A DNA stretch of 64,000 nucleotides, from NCBI GenBank assembly GCA_963730935.1, contig CAVSTP010000003.1, positions 352,001 to 416,000 on the forward strand, given 5' to 3'. This document shows, in pieces, positions 58,967 through 64,000 of this stretch. Positions within the stretch are counted from its first letter, which is position 1; each line of letters opens with the position of its first letter. Both the position numbers and the translations under genes were made by a program. Under the pieces are notes generated by a model. It searched no databases. It saw nothing but the letters and a program-made list of their open reading frames with translations, and had not been told where the DNA came from. Source of the stretch: an uncultured Nitrospiraceae bacterium (GTDB lineage Bacteria; Nitrospirota; Nitrospiria; Nitrospirales; Nitrospiraceae).

Positions 58967-60535
58967 ATGACGCGATTGTCCAGAAGGCCACTGTCCTCAA
59001 CACTCTCACTATTGCTCTTGGCAGGCCTGTTCCTTAGCGCGTGTAGTGGTGGTGGGGATGGAAGCGCAAGCACTCCGCCGGAAAGCACTCCGCCGGGAAG
59101 CACTCCGCCGTCTACACCCCCACCCCCACCGCCACCCCCACCGCCCGTGGCACAGCTCATTCAACAAGGCTATCTCAAAGCGTCCAATACCGGCATTAAC
59201 GATAACCTTGGGTTTAATGTCGCACTTTCCGGCGATACGCTGGTTGTCGGCTCCCCGCAGGAGGGAAGTAGTGCGACCGGGGTGAATGGCGATCAAGCGA
59301 ACAATAACGCGCAAAACAGCGGAGCCGTCTATGTGTTCACGCGGACCGCGGGAGTCTGGAGCCAGCAGGCCTATCTCAAGGCCTCGAATACCGACGCTAA
59401 CGACCAGTTCGGGGTGAGCGTGGCGATCTCAGGCGACACGATCGCGGTGGGCGCTCAGTTTGAGGACAGTAATGGCATTCAGAGCGACAATAGCGCGCAA
59501 GACAGCGGAGCCGTCTATGTGTTCACACGGACCGGAGGGGCGTGGACGCAGCAGGCCTACCTCAAAGGTCATAATACCGAAGCGGGCGACCAGTTCGGCG
59601 TCAGCGTGGCCGTGCAAGGCGACACGTTAGCCGTCGGAGCGATCGGCGAGGCCAGCGAAGCGACGGGCATCAATCATGATGGGAGTAACAATAACGCGCC
59701 AGGCAGCGGCGCCGTCTACGTGTTCACGCGGACCGCAGGGGTCTGGTCTCAGCAAGCCTATGTCAAAGCCTCAAACCACGGAGGCCTATTCGGGAATAGT
59801 GTTGCTCTTGCCGGCGACACGCTCGCGGTGGGCGCTCAGTTTGAGGCCAGTAATGCGACGGGTGTGAATGGCAACGAGGCGGACAATAGTGCGCCGCTCG
59901 CCGGAGCGGTGTATGTGTTCACGCGGACCGGAGGGAACTGGACTCAGCAGGCCTATGTCAAAGCCTCGAATACCGATGCCGGGGACAGATTCGGGGAAGA
60001 TGTCGCTCTCGACGGTGACACCCTTGTGGTCGGAGCGCGGTTTGAAGCCAGTGCTTCGAGCGGGGTCAACGGCAATCAAGCCGACAATAGTGTGAACAAC
60101 TCGGGAGCCGCCTATGTGTTCACGCGGACTGCGGGCGTCTGGTCTCAGCAAGCCTATCTCAAAGCCTCCCACGCTGAAAATAGTAACAATTTCGCCGGAA
60201 CCGTTACCATTGCTGGAGACATCGTGGCTGTTGGCGCACGGCTCGAGGACAGCGGGTCGACCGGGATCAATGGTAATCAGGTGAGCAATAGCGCACCGGA
60301 CAGCGGCGCGGTCTATGTGTTCAAGCGTACCGCCGGGGTTTGGGAGCAGACAGATTATCTAAAAGCCTCCAACACGAACGCGGGAGACCAGTTTGGGGAT
60401 GCTGTCGCTCTCTCTGGCAATACGCTGGCCGTTGGAGCATGGTTTGAAGCCAGCAGTGCGACCGGCGTGAATGGCAATCAGGCCGACAACAACGCTCCCA
60501 ATAGCGGGGCCGCCTACGTGTTCGACGGGCTGTAA
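58967..60535 (+). CDS. FG-GAP repeat lipoprotein, paralog 2
   Basis: LSAC lipobox, poly-Pro linker, 7 repeats. Confidence 0.9.
   Translation: MTRLSRRPLSSTLSLLLLAGLFLSACSGGGDGSASTPPESTPPGSTPPSTPPPPPPPPPPVAQLIQQGYLKASNTGINDNLGFNVALSGDTLVVGSPQEGSSATGVNGDQANNNAQNSGAVYVFTRTAGVWSQQAYLKASNTDANDQFGVSVAISGDTIAVGAQFEDSNGIQSDNSAQDSGAVYVFTRTGGAWTQQAYLKGHNTEAGDQFGVSVAVQGDTLAVGAIGEASEATGINHDGSNNNAPGSGAVYVFTRTAGVWSQQAYVKASNHGGLFGNSVALAGDTLAVGAQFEASNATGVNGNEADNSAPLAGAVYVFTRTGGNWTQQAYVKASNTDAGDRFGEDVALDGDTLVVGARFEASASSGVNGNQADNSVNNSGAAYVFTRTAGVWSQQAYLKASHAENSNNFAGTVTIAGDIVAVGARLEDSGSTGINGNQVSNSAPDSGAVYVFKRTAGVWEQTDYLKASNTNAGDQFGDAVALSGNTLAVGAWFEASSATGVNGNQADNNAPNSGAAYVFDGL
59068..59112 (+). repeat. 15-bp tandem repeat x3 encoding STPP(E/G/S)
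   Basis: aagcactccgccg(ga/gg/tc). Confidence 0.85.
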
Positions 60536-60564
60536 GGTCATCGACGAACGACTTCATTTTGGTC

Positions 60565-60615
60565 GGCGCACCGAACTCATCGGTGCGCCACCTGCCTACT
60601 CAGTAGCAGGCTTTT
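60565..60615 (+). terminator. Two hairpins after paralog 2, probable terminator
   Basis: ggcgcaccga-actca-tcggtgcgcc, then cctgc...gcagg followed by ctttt. Confidence 0.55.
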
Positions 60616-60616
60616 C

Positions 60617-60652
60617 CTACACCCAAAAGATGGAGTCCTCCCCCTTAATGAT
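60617..60652 (+). promoter_or_regulatory. Conserved upstream box, copy 3
   Basis: ctacacccaaaagatggagtcctccccttaatgat. Confidence 0.6.
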
Positions 60653-60736
60653 ATGGTAACAATCTGAGATTGTGGGTATACGATGCATCCGTTGTAGTTA
60701 GTGATATCAGAGCAATTTAATCCGTAGGAGCTATAA

Positions 60737-62296
60737 ATGACGCGATTGTCCAGAAGGCCACTGTCCTCAACATTCTCACTATTGCTGTTGGCAGGCCTGT
60801 TCCTTGGCGCCTGTAGTGGTGGTGGTGATGGTGGAACCGCAAGTACTCCGCCGGGAAGCAGTCCGCCGTCTGGACCTCCACCCCCACCGCCTGTGCTGCA
60901 GCTCGTTCAACAAGGCTACCTCAAGGCGTCAAATACCAATACTAACGATCAATTTGGATACTTTATTGCGTTTTCCGGTGACACGCTGGTTGTGGGTGCC
61001 CCGCAGGAGGGGAGTAATGCCACCGGGGTGAATGGCGACCAAGCGAACAATAGCGCGCCAAACAGCGGAGCCGTCTATGTCTTCACGCGGACCGGTGGAG
61101 TCTGGGCGCAGCAGGCCTATCTCAAGGCCTCGAATACGAATGCTGGAGACCAATTCGGCGTCAGCGTGGCTATCTCAGGCGACACGCTCGCGGTGGGCGC
61201 TATGTTTGAAGACAGTAATGCGACGGGGGTGAATGGCAACCAAGCGGACAATAGTGCGTCAAGCAGCGGAGCCGTGTATGTGTTCACGCGGATCGCGGGC
61301 GTCTGGACTCAACAAGCCTATCTCAAAGCCTCGAATACCGATGCGGGCGATAACTTCGGCGTCACCGTTGCTCTCAAAGATGACACCTTAGCTGTCGCGG
61401 CGTATTCCGAGGCCAGCAATGCCACGGGGGTCAATGGCAATGAGGCGGACAATAGTGAGCCAGGCAGTGGCGCCGTCTATGTGTTCACGCGTACCGCTGG
61501 CGTCTGGTCTCAGCAAGCCTACGTCAAGCCCTCAAACTCTGGGGGGCTGTTCGGGTATGGTGTTGCTCTGGTCGGCGACACGCTCGCGGTGGGCGCTCCG
61601 TTTGAAGCGAGTGCTGCAACGGGCGTGAATGGCAATCAGACCGACACGAGCGCGCCGCTCGCCGGAGCGGTGTATGTGTTCACACGGACCGCAGGGAACT
61701 GGTCTCAGCAAGCCTATCTCAAAGCCTCCAATACCGATGCCGGAGACAGATTTGGTCACGACCTCCAGATTGATGGTGAGACTCTTGCGGTAGGAGCTCG
61801 ATTTGAAGCCAGTGCTGTGGGCGGGGTCAATGCCAATCAAAGCGACAATAGTGCGCCGAACGCCGGTGCGGTCTATATCTTTACGCGGACCGGTGGCGCC
61901 TGGTCTCAGCAAGCCTATCTCAAAGCCTCGAACGCTGGAGCGAATAAGAATTTCAGCGGTAGTATCACAATCGAGGGAGATATGCTGGCCGTGGGTTCAC
62001 GGCTCGAGGATAGCGATGCGACCGGGATCGATGGCAATCAGGCGAACAGCAATGCGCCTGACAGCGGCGCGGTCTATCTATTCAAGCGCAGCGCCGGGGT
62101 TTGGACGCAGACACACTATCTGAAAGCGTCCAACGCGAACGCGGGAGACGAGTTTGGGGATAGTATCGCTCTTTCTGGTGGTGGTTTGGTCGTGGCCGGC
62201 TGGTTTGAAGCCAGTAATGCGACCGGAGTGAATGGCAATCAGACCGACAACAACGCTCCGATGAGCGGGGCCGTGTACATATTTGGGGAGGAATGA
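60737..62296 (+). CDS. FG-GAP repeat lipoprotein, paralog 3
   Basis: LGAC lipobox, Pro linker, 7 repeats. Confidence 0.9.
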   Translation: MTRLSRRPLSSTFSLLLLAGLFLGACSGGGDGGTASTPPGSSPPSGPPPPPPVLQLVQQGYLKASNTNTNDQFGYFIAFSGDTLVVGAPQEGSNATGVNGDQANNSAPNSGAVYVFTRTGGVWAQQAYLKASNTNAGDQFGVSVAISGDTLAVGAMFEDSNATGVNGNQADNSASSSGAVYVFTRIAGVWTQQAYLKASNTDAGDNFGVTVALKDDTLAVAAYSEASNATGVNGNEADNSEPGSGAVYVFTRTAGVWSQQAYVKPSNSGGLFGYGVALVGDTLAVGAPFEASAATGVNGNQTDTSAPLAGAVYVFTRTAGNWSQQAYLKASNTDAGDRFGHDLQIDGETLAVGARFEASAVGGVNANQSDNSAPNAGAVYIFTRTGGAWSQQAYLKASNAGANKNFSGSITIEGDMLAVGSRLEDSDATGIDGNQANSNAPDSGAVYLFKRSAGVWTQTHYLKASNANAGDEFGDSIALSGGGLVVAGWFEASNATGVNGNQTDNNAPMSGAVYIFGEE

Positions 62297-62606
62297 CGAC
62301 GACCACCACCTATTGTCTCTGCTCTCGTGCGGAGTGAGCTTCGTGTTTCTGCCCACAATTCGCGTCCCGCTGCGAGCCGAACGGACGGCGAAATTCTAGC
62401 GCGTATTCCTGCAGCACGGACTTCTTACACTCCCGCCCGTGACCCTGACCAAGCGCCACCGGCGCGACTATCCGTACTGTCCATAGGAAAATAGGTAATT
62501 CCGAAATGTACGCTGACTAGGGCTATCCCTCACTAGACTTTTGCCCAGTGACAAGCCGAAACTGCCCGCCTTGGTGCGGTATCGTGCGACTCTGAGAACG
62601 ACATCG

Positions 62607-63461
62607 ATGACACGCGCAGTCATGATATTGATGCTTCTCCTGCTGGCCGGGTGTAGCGGCGGCACTTCCGGTGATGCGATGGCGCCCTCGCCGCAAGTGG
62701 AGCAACCTGCGAACCCGCCGCCAGTCACTCCTCCACCGACAGTTGTCACGCCCACCGTCAACGCAGGGCAGGATCAAACCGTTAAGATGGGCACCGTGGT
62801 CGCGTTGTCCGGCAGCAGCACGAGCACGGAGCCAAACCCCAGCTACCTCTGGCAATTCCTCAGCCTCCCCCAAGGCAGCACTGCGACTCTCACGGACGCG
62901 ACCACGCTCACGCCGACCTTCAAGCCGGATGTTACAGGCCTGTACGTTGTATCCCTCTCGCTCGAGGGCGGCCCGAGCGATTCGGTTACCATTGAGGTGC
63001 AGGCGAACCTCCTCACACTGCACTTCACCGGCACCTTTGGTCCCGATGGCACGGTGGACGGCACCTTCACGTATGAGATCACGCAAGGCCCCAACGACAT
63101 CAACGTGCGCAGTTTGCAACCCAATGTCATGTACCGGCTGACGAGTTGGAATATTGTCGTCAACAGCGGCCAGGTGGCGGATCTGTTGCCCTCCACGGTT
63201 TTTGATAGTTCTCAGCCGGACAATACGGCGGAGTTCTGTGAAGGCATTTGTATTTTCTCCAGCACGCCCCTCGCGGAGTTGCGCTTCCACAATACCGGTC
63301 CAGACATGCTGCAGTTGACGTTTCAACACGCGGACCCGACGCCGTTCATTAACCCGCCAGGAAGCCTTGCCGAGTGGGGAACTCATTTCCAGTCCCAGTA
63401 CCGCGTGCCCAACAATGTGCCGCTGGCGATTTTGGGCACCGGCAGTCTGACGGAGGGGTGA
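62607..63461 (+). CDS. Lipoprotein with PKD-like domain and unknown C-terminal beta domain
   Basis: LAGC lipobox, Pro linker, VNAGQDQTV..V.LSGS.S..YLW..P.GS..F.PD..G.Y. Confidence 0.75.
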   Translation: MTRAVMILMLLLLAGCSGGTSGDAMAPSPQVEQPANPPPVTPPPTVVTPTVNAGQDQTVKMGTVVALSGSSTSTEPNPSYLWQFLSLPQGSTATLTDATTLTPTFKPDVTGLYVVSLSLEGGPSDSVTIEVQANLLTLHFTGTFGPDGTVDGTFTYEITQGPNDINVRSLQPNVMYRLTSWNIVVNSGQVADLLPSTVFDSSQPDNTAEFCEGICIFSSTPLAELRFHNTGPDMLQLTFQHADPTPFINPPGSLAEWGTHFQSQYRVPNNVPLAILGTGSLTEG

Positions 63462-64000
63462 GCCACGCGCGCACTCAACAGGGGAGAATTTGCCGGCTAG
63501 CAACGGTTAAGAATAAAATATGGTGAAAGGCACCCGCTTCTACCATCCTTAATCGACCCGCTCAAAGCCGTCATTGAAAACTTTGCACTGATCGTCTAGG
63601 TCATTAAATCTAGCGGGGACGAAAGATAACCCTCCGTCCCCTCTATGCGGACTAAGATTGGGTGTGATCCCCTCAGCTGGTTCGTCAGGCAGGTGCCAAG
63701 CCAAAGTAAGCTTTGTATGAAGCACCTTCTGTTGACACTACCGGACATCGTTTCCGACCTTCCGCTACTCGACGCTCTTGAGAAGTTCGCGACAGAGTTC
63801 ATGTTGGCCTAAAGCAGCACTGCATGGGAGGTCGCGAACAATCCGCCGCCGCATATAAAGACGAAGTTGATGAAATGAGGGCACATTGGAGTCGCGCAGG
63901 GAAGCGGAATGGTCGGGGATGGTGAGCAGCGGCTAACAGCTGCTAGTGCGGCTTCTTCAGTTGATTGATCAGGAGATCTAGGCGGTCTCGATAGTGATCG

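Noticed and set aside
57249..62296. Diversity-generating retroelement or CRISPR-like array behind the repeats
   Set aside because: The repeats are coding blades; no RT, no non-coding template repeat, no adenine-specific variation, no spacer structure
63717..63812. 31-aa ORF MKHLLLTLPDIVSDLPLLDALEKFATEFMLA
   Set aside because: No clear SD or homology evidence; cannot be supported
63910..63918. tggtcgggg matching the tRNA-Pro 3' end (possible att site)
   Set aside because: Only 9 bp, expected by chance; the intervening DNA holds core genes and no integrase

Overview
GC-rich bacterial chromosome segment. Gene content and style suggest Nitrospira or a relative (inference, not verified by search). 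Bases 1 to about 52.5 kb are mostly core metabolism and signalling. They contain a partial ECF sigma factor, an amidohydrolase/Aas/membrane-MutS operon, prmA, thiD/tenA, sthA, tpx, a two-subunit biotin carboxylase (pyruvate or 2-oxoglutarate carboxylase), a desaturase, hemE-hemH-hemY, mazG, an NtrY/NtrX-like pair, tRNA-Pro(CGG), ald, a ferredoxin operon, a squalene/phytoene synthase, htpX, a Gpx, and a sensorless phosphorelay with a GGDEF output. From about 52.5 kb the intergenic DNA is more AT-rich and looks accessory. That part holds a tandem array of three paralogous 7-blade FG-GAP (integrin-alpha-like) lipoproteins, each with its own copy of a conserved upstream DNA box, followed by a PKD-domain lipoprotein. 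The best candidates for undescribed systems are the FG-GAP array, a translationally coupled polytopic membrane protein plus MIDAS/VWA lipoprotein pair, the membrane MutS-Aas-amidohydrolase operon, a highly structured intergenic element between tenA and thiD, and a squalene synthase with no canonical start codon upstream of its conserved N-terminus. No CRISPR array, rRNA, transposase, integrase or reverse transcriptase was seen. All calls rest on motif recognition by eye.
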